This document shows positions 26,773 to 36,063 of a DNA stretch of 64,000 nucleotides, one piece after another. The number at the start of each line of letters is the position of its first letter. Positions within the stretch are counted from its first letter, which is position 1. The notes beneath the pieces were generated by a model, which was not told where the DNA came from, did no database searches, and was given only the letters and a program-made list of their open reading frames with translations. The translations under genes were made by a program, and so were the position numbers. Origin of the DNA: Candidatus Pelagibacterales bacterium (GTDB lineage Bacteria; Pseudomonadota; Alphaproteobacteria; Pelagibacterales; AG-422-B15); NCBI GenBank assembly GCA_029242795.1, contig JAQWTH010000008.1, positions 11,260-75,259 of the forward strand. Reading direction: 5' to 3'.

Positions 26773-28073
26773 GTATCACTTGCTGCATGAAAGCGATCTT
26801 TCATTAGCCGAAGGCGTATACCTAGACTCAGGAATGGTTCTGGAGGAATCCAATTAGGGCTTTTACTCTTTTCTATAAGTTTAATTTCTTCGGTTTCATT
26901 TCCACATGCCTTATTTGCAATTTGTTCACCAAATAAAGTTCCTAATCCCAAACCAGATCCATTGAAGCAACCAGCAATGTATATATTGTTATCTTTTTTC
27001 TGAAATATTTGAGTGGCATTACCACTTCTACAGGCTATTCCTGACCAAGTTGACTCAATAATCCCATCAGAAAGAGAAGGAAATCTTTTCCTAATCCCAC
27101 TTTGATGAAGTTGTTTGCGGATCTGCATTTTTTTTTGATTTAAAGTTGATGATGCAGATACTTCGGCCGTATTCCTTATAAGAATTCGTTTGTCAGCCGT
27201 TAAGCGAACTGTAGCTCCCATTGGACGAACAGATAATACCCCCCATTCTTTTGGACTGCCAATTGATTTAAACTCATCATTCGTTAATGGTCTTGTCATA
27301 CTTGCTGTAAGCAAAAGTGGAAAGCTGTAATTAGAATTTATTTTTAGTGAATTAAGAAAGCCGTTTGTGCAAAATATTATATTTGACGTTGCAACAGATC
27401 CATTTTCAAAAAAACAATTAATAATTTTATTACTTTTATTCCATTTAATTAATTTAGAATTCTCAAAAAGTCTTATATTATTTGGTAATGCCTTAATCAT
27501 TGATCTTGTTAATTTAGCAGGATTGAGCATGACATCACCTTTTGTATAAATTGATGTTTTGTAAAAGTTGGTCCCCAGTCGATTTTTCAAATCTGACTCA
27601 TTTAATAATTTATGGTTTATGTCTATAGACTCTAATGTTTTGCTAAATTCAATTAGTCTATTTTTGTCTTTAATATCAGAAGAAGCATAATATTTTCCAC
27701 ATTCATTCCAGTCACACTCAACCTGATGATTATCTATAAAATTTTTAACGGCTTTGATTCCATTTCGATACATGTTTGTTTTTTCCCTATATCCTTCAAG
27801 CTTTTTGTTTGAAACAAAACCATCATTAAGAGTTGACTCGACTAGATAACCAGAATTGCGGCTACTTGCACCTTCACCACATCTTTGTGCATCTACAATC
27901 AATATTTTTTTATTTGGTTTTAATTTCCCTAGTTGTCTTGCAGCGGATAACCCAGTAATTCCCGCACCTACAATTAAGTAATCTGCCGTATGAGATCCTT
28001 TTATTCTTTCAGCTTGATTTCTTTTTTCAATTCCATGAAGCCATCCACAATTTGCGTCGTTAATAGGCTCCAT
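26769..28073 (-). CDS. FAD-dependent oxidoreductase, DAO family (PuuB/OrdL-like)
   Basis: Start moved to ATG 28073 (MEPINDANCGW...), 2 nt after the upstream stop codon. Dinucleotide fold motif DYLIVGAGITGLSAAR. Confidence 0.8.
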   Translation of the reverse strand: MEPINDANCGWLHGIEKRNQAERIKGSHTADYLIVGAGITGLSAARQLGKLKPNKKILIVDAQRCGEGASSRNSGYLVESTLNDGFVSNKKLEGYREKTNMYRNGIKAVKNFIDNHQVECDWNECGKYYASSDIKDKNRLIEFSKTLESIDINHKLLNESDLKNRLGTNFYKTSIYTKGDVMLNPAKLTRSMIKALPNNIRLFENSKLIKWNKSNKIINCFFENGSVATSNIIFCTNGFLNSLKINSNYSFPLLLTASMTRPLTNDEFKSIGSPKEWGVLSVRPMGATVRLTADKRILIRNTAEVSASSTLNQKKMQIRKQLHQSGIRKRFPSLSDGIIESTWSGIACRSGNATQIFQKKDNNIYIAGCFNGSGLGLGTLFGEQIANKACGNETEEIKLIEKSKSPNWIPPEPFLSLGIRLRLMKDRFHAASDT

Positions 28074-28075
28074 AT

Positions 28076-28753
28076 TTATTTGCCAGATTTCGATGATATT
28101 TCGTTGATTAAATAAAGTCCCAAAGCGACAGCTGGTCCAATACCAAAAGCAAAAATAAGTGTGCCAATCCCTACGGTTCCACCGAGTATCCATCCAAGAA
28201 TTACAACAGATATCTCAATTGAGGCTCTGACCCAGGCAATTGGAAATTTTGTAATACGCTGTAAGCCAGTCATAAGACCGTCACGCGGTCCTGGTCCTAA
28301 GTTTGCAATTAAATAAATACCGCTGCCAAGACCAACAAAAAAGACTCCTAAAATTCCAGTAATAACATTTAGCAGGAAGCTGTTAGTTGAAAAATCAAAC
28401 AAAAATAGAGATAAATCAATCATTCCTGCAATGATAATAATATTTAGCAATGTTCCTAATCCAGGCTTTTGTTTTAGAAATATCCATGCACTGAGAACTA
28501 GTACGCTAACAATAAATGTAGCAAAGCCAACGCTCCAATTTAATTTAAGTGAAAGCCCTTCTGCTAATACTGTCCATGGACTGACACCAATTGTAGAATG
28601 TATTAAAAGTGACTCTCCAAAACCAAAAAGACTGAGTCCCAAACATAATAAGATCAATGTCTTAAATCTTGGTTTGAAATTAAGAGGTGTATCTGAGCTC
28701 CAACTTGTCTTAGGAACACTTTTAATGGAGAGAAAAATTAAAGATAATTTCAT
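28076..28753 (-). CDS. Polytopic membrane protein, YczE-like
   Basis: 225 aa and about 6 TM segments. GVSPWTVLAEG and GPGPRDGLMTG resemble the YczE/YitT-type membrane protein core. Confidence 0.6.
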   Translation of the reverse strand: MKLSLIFLSIKSVPKTSWSSDTPLNFKPRFKTLILLCLGLSLFGFGESLLIHSTIGVSPWTVLAEGLSLKLNWSVGFATFIVSVLVLSAWIFLKQKPGLGTLLNIIIIAGMIDLSLFLFDFSTNSFLLNVITGILGVFFVGLGSGIYLIANLGPGPRDGLMTGLQRITKFPIAWVRASIEISVVILGWILGGTVGIGTLIFAFGIGPAVALGLYLINEISSKSGK

Positions 28754-28755
28754 AA

Positions 28756-29802
28756 TTATACTGGATTAAACATATGGGTAATAATTACTAAGGAGTCGTG
28801 AAGCATATTTCTAAGTGTTTTATTACTACTTGTAACTAAAAACTTTGGATTAGTAACGAATTCAGTTATATAAATTTTATTATTATTTTTTTTTAATATA
28901 TTTTTTTCTATTAACGAATTAACTACTCTTCTAACAGTTTCTCTTGGGATGAGAGTTGACTCAGCAATAGAATTTAGATTAACAGGTTTAATTACTCCTT
29001 CAGAATAAAAATCAACATTCTTATCAGATATCTTCTTTTTTAAATCGTTATCAAAAAAAAGACACGATGAAAGCACGCAACATTCGTTATAATTGAGAGG
29101 AGAATTACTAATATACTGAAAACATAGTGACCAGTACCAATGTAACATTACCCATATTCTTAAATAGCTTAATTGATTAATATTCGAGAGATGATCAGTA
29201 TCTATTTTATAAATTTTTTTTATATAGTTTAATTCAGCTAAGTTGTCTAATAGAGAAGACCAATTTCCCCTCATCTTTTTGGCAATCCATAAATGAGATT
29301 TTTTAAATAAATCTGTATCAAACATAATTTCAAAAGGAAAAAAATATCCTAACTTTTTATTTCGTGCATCTGGAACAATATTTAACCACGGTTTCAATTG
29401 TCTCCTGACAGTTTCTTTTGGGTAACCAGTGTTGTATGAAATACATTCAATTGTATTTTTAGAGAATTTTTTAGATATATTGGAATATTCAAATTTGAAA
29501 AGGGGATGATTCATGAATTCATGTATTGGAAGATTCATTTTTATTATCTCTTGATGGTACGGCGCATTTTTATTCAGGTAAGTGTAAACTACTGTATTAA
29601 TTATCATGAAGCTTAATGGAGCTAATGTTTTAGCGGCAACACGTGATCCCAATGTTTTTTCAACTTCATCTCCGTAACTGGCAATATTTAAAAAAAAGTC
29701 ACTAAATCCTGATAAATGAAGTAAAAGTAATTTATGAACTTTATCCCGAGGTAGCTTTGATAGTTTTTCTTCAATATCTGCTATGTCACTGTTTCCTATC
29801 AT
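28756..29802 (-). CDS. Hypothetical protein with two winged-helix-like segments (putative regulator)
   Basis: 348 aa. Internally repeated HTH-like strings ISYNTGYPKETVRRQLKPW and IAESTLIPRETVRRVVNSLIEKNIL. 2-nt gap to the next gene. Confidence 0.55.
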   Translation of the reverse strand: MIGNSDIADIEEKLSKLPRDKVHKLLLLHLSGFSDFFLNIASYGDEVEKTLGSRVAAKTLAPLSFMIINTVVYTYLNKNAPYHQEIIKMNLPIHEFMNHPLFKFEYSNISKKFSKNTIECISYNTGYPKETVRRQLKPWLNIVPDARNKKLGYFFPFEIMFDTDLFKKSHLWIAKKMRGNWSSLLDNLAELNYIKKIYKIDTDHLSNINQLSYLRIWVMLHWYWSLCFQYISNSPLNYNECCVLSSCLFFDNDLKKKISDKNVDFYSEGVIKPVNLNSIAESTLIPRETVRRVVNSLIEKNILKKNNNKIYITEFVTNPKFLVTSSNKTLRNMLHDSLVIITHMFNPV

Positions 29803-29910
29803 ACTTTAACAATAAAACCTATTTTGGGCACATTGTAAATTAAAAAACTCAATTTGGGTAAGAAAGATATATCATTATTCTCTAGATATGTGACAATCAT
29901 TCAAGCCCAA

Positions 29911-29932
29911 TGCGAGCACATTAGTGCTCGCA
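29911..29932. promoter_or_regulatory. GC-rich perfect palindrome in a divergent intergenic region (candidate operator or RNA hairpin)
   Basis: TGCGAGCAC-ATTA-GTGCTCGCA has 9-bp arms. It lies 24 nt upstream of ATG 29956 and about 110 nt upstream of ATG 29802. Confidence 0.3.
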
Positions 29933-29955
29933 TACTAAAGGAAATAATTTTTATT

Positions 29956-30216
29956 ATGATGCAAGATAAGACTGATTTGTCAAAAAAGATTAAGGAACTT
30001 ACTGCTCTTCGTAAAAGTATATCGCTTGACCTTAAAGTCATTGCACAAAATACCAATATACCTACACAAATATTAAAAAATATAGAACTACACGATTTTA
30101 ATAAATTGCCGCCTCATCCAATTGGTGATTCTTTTATTAAGCAGTATTCTTTTGTAATTGAAAATGAGTCAAAGAAACCAAAACACCGAAGTTCGCAAAA
30201 ACTAGCCAATAGCTGA
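29956..30216 (+). CDS. Small helix-turn-helix protein (XRE/RodZ N-domain-like)
   Basis: ATG 29956 chosen over the TTG-extended ORF. MMQDKTDLSKKIKELTALRKSISLDLKVIAQNTNIPTQILKNIELHDF looks like an HTH_25/XRE fold. The 3' end overlaps the pilC 3' end by 15 nt. Confidence 0.45.
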   Translation: MMQDKTDLSKKIKELTALRKSISLDLKVIAQNTNIPTQILKNIELHDFNKLPPHPIGDSFIKQYSFVIENESKKPKHRSSQKLANS

Positions 30217-31470
30217 ACCAGCATTAAATATAGGAAGATACATTGCAATAAGTAGCACGCCTACAATTCCACCAATTATAACCATTGATAATGGCTCTAT
30301 CATTGTAGAAATATTTCCAACGACATTATCAAATTCTTCTTCATAATAATTAGCAATAGAAGTAAACATTTCTTCTAGATTACCAGTTCGTTCTCCAACT
30401 GCTATTAATTGAGAATAAGTATCTGGAAACATTTTCTCATTAGCACATAATTTTGACATGTCTTCTCCAGAAAAGACTCCTCGTTTTACTCTTTCTAATG
30501 CTTCAATATACAAAGTATTTGAAGTTGATGAAGTCGCAATATCCAAAATCTCCAATACATCAACACCTGCTGCAAATAAATTTGCTTTAATTAATGCAAT
30601 ACGAGAGATTGTTGACTGCGCTAGAACTGGACCAAATATTGGAAGCTTAAGGGAAATTCTATCGACAGATTTTTTAAATCCTGCTGAAGCGCCCATCATG
30701 AATCTAAATAGCATTATGAACCCAATGATTGAAAGTAAAGATATTAAGCCTCCCCATCCTTGAATAAACTCACTAGCTGCAATTATTGCTTTAGTGGGAC
30801 CTGGCAATTCAACACCCATACCACCATACATTTCCTCAAAAACAGGAACAACTTTCCAAAGTAAGAATACTGTTATGAGCAAAGCAATACACATGATGAT
30901 AACTGGATACATGAGAGCGCTTTTAATTTGCGATTTTAATTTCTGTCTTTTTTCCAATATCTCAACAAGCTTATCAAAAAAGATATCAAGTTTTCCTGAA
31001 GCTTCCCCAGCTTTAATCATATTAATATAAATATTATCGAAAACTTTTGGGTGTTTTGCAAAGCATTGTGAAAGCTCAAAGCCACCTCTAAGATCTTGAA
31101 CAATTCCACTGATAATTTTTTTCATGTTTTTATCAACTACTTGATTTTCAGTCATTTCTAATGAATCAATAATTGGCAATCCAGCCCTTATCATTGTTGC
31201 AATCTTTTTTGAGAAAAGCATTACTTCTTGAGGCTTGACTGATCCTCCACCGATAAATGGTATTTTTGATAACAGACTTTCACCGTCGTTATCCTTCTTC
31301 TTTTTTGCTTTATCACTAGCTGACTTTTTCTTTGATTTAGCCAAAGAAATAATGATTATCTTTTGTTCTCTTAATCTAAAGGCTGCTTCATCTTCATTTA
31401 TGGCTTCAATTACACCGTCGGTGTAAGTATTTTTTTCTCCAATAATTCCTTTATAATCGTAAGCAGGCAT
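30202..31470 (-). CDS. pilC: Type IV pilus platform protein PilC (GspF family)
   Basis: 422 aa. Duplicated GspF domains with 3 TM segments. Adjacent to pilB. Confidence 0.9.
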   Translation of the reverse strand: MPAYDYKGIIGEKNTYTDGVIEAINEDEAAFRLREQKIIIISLAKSKKKSASDKAKKKKDNDGESLLSKIPFIGGGSVKPQEVMLFSKKIATMIRAGLPIIDSLEMTENQVVDKNMKKIISGIVQDLRGGFELSQCFAKHPKVFDNIYINMIKAGEASGKLDIFFDKLVEILEKRQKLKSQIKSALMYPVIIMCIALLITVFLLWKVVPVFEEMYGGMGVELPGPTKAIIAASEFIQGWGGLISLLSIIGFIMLFRFMMGASAGFKKSVDRISLKLPIFGPVLAQSTISRIALIKANLFAAGVDVLEILDIATSSTSNTLYIEALERVKRGVFSGEDMSKLCANEKMFPDTYSQLIAVGERTGNLEEMFTSIANYYEEEFDNVVGNISTMIEPLSMVIIGGIVGVLLIAMYLPIFNAGSAIG

Positions 31471-31474
31471 AATT

Positions 31475-33178
31475 TTATGAAATAAATAATGTTCTTTGGT
31501 ATTCTTCTAGCGATAAGACCCCATCGTTTATATATACAGCGCCTACTTCTTGCATTGATTGAAAGCCTTCTTTTTTTGCAACTTTTTCCATTTCGGGTAT
31601 TGTTAAATTCTTTAAGATTCCATCTTGTAAATCTTCTGTAATCTTTAAAATTTCATAAATACCTTGTCTTCCTTTATACCCAGAATTATTGCACTCACTG
31701 CAACCTTTTCCTACATAGGGCTTAAGATCTGGCGGTAGTTTCATTTGCTTAAGTAATTTAGCTGAGGCGTTTTTATCTTCAACTTTACATTTTTGACATA
31801 CTTTCCTCGCTAACCTCTGACCAATAACTAATGATACTGATGATGATATTAAATAATTTGGAATTCCCATATTTACTAAACGAGTAATTGTTTCCACTGA
31901 ACTGTTTGTATGGAGAGTACTGCAAACTAAGTGACCTGTTAATGCTGCTTCAACAGCAATATTTCCAGTCTCTTGATCTCTGATCTCCCCAACTAAGATT
32001 ACCTCAGGGTCTTGTCTAAGAAATGTTCTTAGTGCTTTAGCAAAAGTATAATTAATTTCACTTTTCATTTGTGATTGGCCAATCCCTTCAAGTTCATACT
32101 CAATTGGATCTTCAGCTGTTAGAATATTTCTCTTTGGATCGTTTAACTCACTTAAAATTGAATATAATGTCGTTGTTTTGCCACTACCAGTTGGTCCAGT
32201 CACAAGCACCAGTCCTTGAGTTGCATAAATAGCATCATTAATTTTTTCTAATTCATCAGGCTTAAATCCCATATCGGCAAGATCAAGTTTAATAGAATCT
32301 TTTCTTAAAAGTCTCATTACAACCCTTTCTTGTCCTCCTTGGACTGGAAGAAAGGAGACACGAAGATCGAATTCAATATTGTTGTGTGAGAAAGCTATTG
32401 CACCATCTTGAGGCATTCTTTTTTCCTCAATTCTTGCACCGGATAGGAGTTTTAGAATTGATACTGTAGCAAGATATCTTTGATTAATCTCATCTGCATA
32501 CTGATCTTGAACCTGTAAAACTCCATCAATTCTGAACCGTAATTGCTTTTTTGTTCTAAAAGACTCGATATGCATATCACTCACATTTCTTTTATATGCA
32601 TCAAGCAAAATAGATGTAACAAACTGTTCTGCTTCGGTTCGATCTCTTTCGGTAATTTCAACCTCTGGAGCAACTTCTTCTTTTTGTTTTCTTAATGATC
32701 CAAGAGCAACAACTTCACCACCTGCATCAGTTGCCATTCCAGCTTTTTCAAATAGTTTTTGAAGATTAGATTGGGTCACAAGAATCATGTCAATATTCAT
32801 GCCAGTCATTACTTTCAAATTCTTTTCATAAGAAAGTTTTGTCTGATCACAAATTGCAATAGAGAGTGTCGAGCCGATCACCTGAAATGGAAATATCATA
32901 TTACTTTCCATGTATTCAGGAGTTAGTTTTTTTACAGCTTCATCATTTATTCCTTCTGGATCAATTTCAGTTAATTGCAATCCATAACTTGAGGCAATAA
33001 AGCTCGCTAGTGATTGCTCATCCATCAGGTTTCTTTCAAATAGAATTGCCGACATGGGTTTACCAGTCTCATTACTATGAGCTATGGTATTATCTACATC
33101 TTTTTGAGATAATATTCCTTGTTGTGAAGCAATAGTAATGATCTCTCTTACGGCATCATTTGAAATTATATCTGACAT
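31475..33178 (-). CDS. pilB: Type IV pilus assembly ATPase PilB (GspE family)
   Basis: 567 aa. Walker A GPTGSGKTT, Asp box, His box (STLHTN) and tetracysteine motif CQKC...CSEC. Confidence 0.92.
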   Translation of the reverse strand: MSDIISNDAVREIITIASQQGILSQKDVDNTIAHSNETGKPMSAILFERNLMDEQSLASFIASSYGLQLTEIDPEGINDEAVKKLTPEYMESNMIFPFQVIGSTLSIAICDQTKLSYEKNLKVMTGMNIDMILVTQSNLQKLFEKAGMATDAGGEVVALGSLRKQKEEVAPEVEITERDRTEAEQFVTSILLDAYKRNVSDMHIESFRTKKQLRFRIDGVLQVQDQYADEINQRYLATVSILKLLSGARIEEKRMPQDGAIAFSHNNIEFDLRVSFLPVQGGQERVVMRLLRKDSIKLDLADMGFKPDELEKINDAIYATQGLVLVTGPTGSGKTTTLYSILSELNDPKRNILTAEDPIEYELEGIGQSQMKSEINYTFAKALRTFLRQDPEVILVGEIRDQETGNIAVEAALTGHLVCSTLHTNSSVETITRLVNMGIPNYLISSSVSLVIGQRLARKVCQKCKVEDKNASAKLLKQMKLPPDLKPYVGKGCSECNNSGYKGRQGIYEILKITEDLQDGILKNLTIPEMEKVAKKEGFQSMQEVGAVYINDGVLSLEEYQRTLFIS

Positions 33179-34765
33179 TTATAAAATTCTAGGTGCAATA
33201 AATATTAATAATCGATCAAGCTTATCATCTTTTGTGACACTCTTAAATAAGTTACCAAATACAGGAATATCACTAAGGATTGGTGTTCTCGATGAGCCTT
33301 TTGTAGAAGTTTGTTCATAAATACCACCAATCATTACAATTGTTTGATCTTCAACCAGCAGCCTTGTTGTAACTTTAGTGCTTGAAATAGGTGGGTTAGC
33401 CTGTGATGTATCAGCATTATCTTTATTAATATCAATATTTAAAATTATATTTCCATCTCCAACAATACTTGGTGTTACTTCAAGTTTAAGATCTGCATCT
33501 TTAAATTCTGTCTTAGTCTCACCATCTTCAGTTGTTGTAAATGGAATTTCCATACCTTGAGTAATTGTTGCAGTTTCATTATCTAGAGTGAAAATTTTAG
33601 GATTTGAAACAATCCTACTCAACCCAAGAGTTTCAAGGGCTTGAAGCTCAACTAAAAGATTAAGGTTATTGGATCTTAGTAACATTCCAAGTGAACCAGT
33701 CATTGCACTTATTGGGTTATTAGATAAGCCTCCATCTTGCAATGGAACTGTCCATAGTTTTGTTTCTTCGTCATAAACGGGTGTTCCTAAAGAAAGTGAT
33801 TTAGTAGAATCACCAGTTATATTATTCATTGATTGGCCGATTCTTGTGCCAAAAGCTTTATCAAAGTCAGAGCCTACTTCAACAACAAATGCTTCAATCA
33901 AGATTTGTTGTGTTGGAACATCTATTTGATTAATTAGCTTTTCTATGAAATTAAGATCATCGGCTCCACCGAGCACAATCAGAGAGCCTAGTCTAGCATC
34001 AACAGTCATTTTTACTCTATCAGCAGTACCTCCGGAAGATTCTCCTTCATCTCCTTCACCAGCTGAGGCAGTAGAGTCCATATTTTTCAGGATATCTTCA
34101 ATCTGAGCCTTAACTACCGTAGGATTACTATAGAAAAGTTTGAATATCTCAGATCTCACAGGCGCAATAGACTTGTTTAAATCCATTGCTTTTCTAATTT
34201 CAGCCTTACGTTTTAAGTTATATGCTTCTTGAGCAGTTAAAACATCTTTTGAATGTATACGAACAATATTTGTTTTTGGATTTAATGTTAATGCGATATT
34301 TTTAATTTCTAGAATAGCTTCTAGGACGTCATCCCAATCTTCATTTACAATTCTTGCTTTAACATTGCCTTTAACTTCATCCCCAACAAGTATATTTTTA
34401 CCTGTAATAACAGAGAATGTTTGCATTACCTCTCTGATTTCAACGTTTTCAAAATTTACTGAAATAGGAAATGTCTGGGTGAAATTTTTATCAATAATTT
34501 TTGTATAATCAGTCATTATACTTTCATCGATAAAGATTCTTCTATCAGGTCTTAACGCCGTGTCTGTTTTTGTATTTGGTTTTGGGCCAAGTTTTACACT
34601 TTCCTCAATAACAGGCTGATTTTCTTTTGCAAACTCAGTTGGCTTGAAATCTTCTTTAACTTCACTATCCAACATCATGTATTCAGCACAAGATAAAAGT
34701 AATAATGGAGTTAGAATTGCAGCAACAATACTAAATTTTCTCATGAATATTTGCACAGTATTCAT
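33179..34765 (-). CDS. pilQ: Type IV pilus secretin PilQ (possible lipoprotein)
   Basis: 528 aa. The C-terminal secretin domain (…VPVFGNLF… LLIFIAPRIL) is preceded by N0/N1-like domains. The N-terminus LTPLLLLSC looks like a lipobox. An alternative start is at 34744. Confidence 0.88.
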   Translation of the reverse strand: MNTVQIFMRKFSIVAAILTPLLLLSCAEYMMLDSEVKEDFKPTEFAKENQPVIEESVKLGPKPNTKTDTALRPDRRIFIDESIMTDYTKIIDKNFTQTFPISVNFENVEIREVMQTFSVITGKNILVGDEVKGNVKARIVNEDWDDVLEAILEIKNIALTLNPKTNIVRIHSKDVLTAQEAYNLKRKAEIRKAMDLNKSIAPVRSEIFKLFYSNPTVVKAQIEDILKNMDSTASAGEGDEGESSGGTADRVKMTVDARLGSLIVLGGADDLNFIEKLINQIDVPTQQILIEAFVVEVGSDFDKAFGTRIGQSMNNITGDSTKSLSLGTPVYDEETKLWTVPLQDGGLSNNPISAMTGSLGMLLRSNNLNLLVELQALETLGLSRIVSNPKIFTLDNETATITQGMEIPFTTTEDGETKTEFKDADLKLEVTPSIVGDGNIILNIDINKDNADTSQANPPISSTKVTTRLLVEDQTIVMIGGIYEQTSTKGSSRTPILSDIPVFGNLFKSVTKDDKLDRLLIFIAPRIL

Positions 34766-34769
34766 ATCT

Positions 34770-35186
34770 CTATTGCATATCCGATCCAGTTATAGTTTGA
34801 ACAGGATTAAATACCTGCTTTTCAACTTCATCTGCACCTTCTTTTTCAAAAGTCACCCCATCGATAGAAATTGATTTTAAATTATGTTCATCATTCCCTA
34901 TCGGATCTCCTACATATAAGAAATAATCATCACCTCCTGGGAAACTAACAATAGCTAATGATCCTTTTGAAGATGTCACAACTCCTTTAACAAAATATTG
35001 ATCAAGACTTAGGCGAAGCATAGGATGTACGCTATTATCACCAGCTGCAGGCGATGCAGACATTGATGTTTGATCACCACTGGATTGCTTTGTGAAACTT
35101 CTTGAGAATGGATCAACATCAGCAAAAGAAAAGCTTGAAGAAAGAAGGCCTAATATTAATGCTAGATATATTATATTTTTTTTCAT
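34770..35186 (-). CDS. pilP: PilP-like periplasmic pilus assembly protein
   Basis: 138 aa with a signal peptide (MKKNIIYLALILGLLSSSFSFA). Position between pilO and pilQ. The C-terminal beta-rich domain is like PilP. Call rests on position and size. Confidence 0.55.
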   Translation of the reverse strand: MKKNIIYLALILGLLSSSFSFADVDPFSRSFTKQSSGDQTSMSASPAAGDNSVHPMLRLSLDQYFVKGVVTSSKGSLAIVSFPGGDDYFLYVGDPIGNDEHNLKSISIDGVTFEKEGADEVEKQVFNPVQTITGSDMQ

Positions 35187-35187
35187 A

Positions 35188-36063
35188 TTAATCAGCCGCC
35201 TTAACTAGTGATACTGTTGCAGCGGCAACAATTTGACCCGGAGTTTCATCTGTATCTATTTTCTCAGACTCAATATTAACGATTTTGTTTTTATTAGCTA
35301 TTACATTTCTAAACTTAAGGTAGTTAGTAAAAGAGCCAGTAATTTCAAAATTAACCATTAATTTATAATATGCTATAGGTCCACCTTCAGCATTTGGATC
35401 TTCAAAATTCATCTCACCCATGTCCATACCCATGTCCATACCCATGTCCATACCCATGTCCATGGCAAACATATCCATGCCATCATCACATCTAACGGCA
35501 AACATATCACCATCAGCCGGCATCATATTAGGGTCCATATTTGGATCCATCATCGGATCCATCATAGGATCCATCATAGGATCCATCATCATCATATCAT
35601 CTCCAGCCCCAGACTTTTGTCTAACAGGAACTTCTTCCGCTCTAGTTATATCTTTTATCGTTAATCGATATAAAACTGATGCTTCCGTTAAGTCTGCATA
35701 GAAAGCTTCAAACTCATCATCAGTTACAAACAATCCACTTTTTGATTTTTTTTGATCATTTAATTCTGACACCTCTTGTTTCAGGTTTTCAATTTCATCA
35801 TTACAACTAATTAATTGTTGATTCCATTTATCAATCTCAACAATTTTATCTTCTTGTTTATTTAGTGATGGATTTATGAATATGAAATACCCACCAAATA
35901 CAAAAATGATCAGCCCACCTGTGATACTTGCACGCCGAACAAGTTTTGCATCGTTAAATAGTGATTTACCAATTGCGCCTTTTTTTTCTTCCCCAGGCGC
36001 ACCAGGAGCGTCAGACTTCTTTTTAAATAAGTTTGCAGTATCTATGCCAAATATCTTTGCCAT
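35188..36063 (-). CDS. pilO: PilO-like bitopic pilus alignment protein with Met/Asp/Pro-rich repeat insertion
   Basis: 291 aa. A cytoplasmic N-terminus is followed by one TM segment (GGLIIFVFGGYFIFI), a coiled coil and a C-terminal domain. Position between pilMN and pilP. Confidence 0.6.
   Translation of the reverse strand: MAKIFGIDTANLFKKKSDAPGAPGEEKKGAIGKSLFNDAKLVRRASITGGLIIFVFGGYFIFINPSLNKQEDKIVEIDKWNQQLISCNDEIENLKQEVSELNDQKKSKSGLFVTDDEFEAFYADLTEASVLYRLTIKDITRAEEVPVRQKSGAGDDMMMMDPMMDPMMDPMMDPNMDPNMMPADGDMFAVRCDDGMDMFAMDMGMDMGMDMGMDMGEMNFEDPNAEGGPIAYYKLMVNFEITGSFTNYLKFRNVIANKNKIVNIESEKIDTDETPGQIVAAATVSLVKAAD
35417..35595 (-). repeat. Two in-frame 12-nt tandem repeat arrays inside pilO
   Basis: CCCATGTCCATA occurs 3 times perfectly plus a partial fourth copy (35417-35464, encoding MDMG repeats). 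GGATCCATCATN occurs 4 times (35543-35590, encoding MMDP repeats, each unit carrying GGATCC). Confidence 0.85.

Noticed and set aside
35417-35595. Short tandem repeats that could be mistaken for a CRISPR or minisatellite locus
   Set aside because: The units are 12 nt, directly abutting with no spacers, and in frame within a coding gene. No cas genes are present. This is a coding low-complexity repeat, not a CRISPR array.
35420-35701. 93-aa plus-strand ORF (MSIPMSIPMSIP... GSIIGSIIGSII)
   Set aside because: It is the antisense reading of the pilO Met/Asp/Pro repeat arrays. Its periodic sequence is a mirror of the 12-nt repeats and it has no start context.
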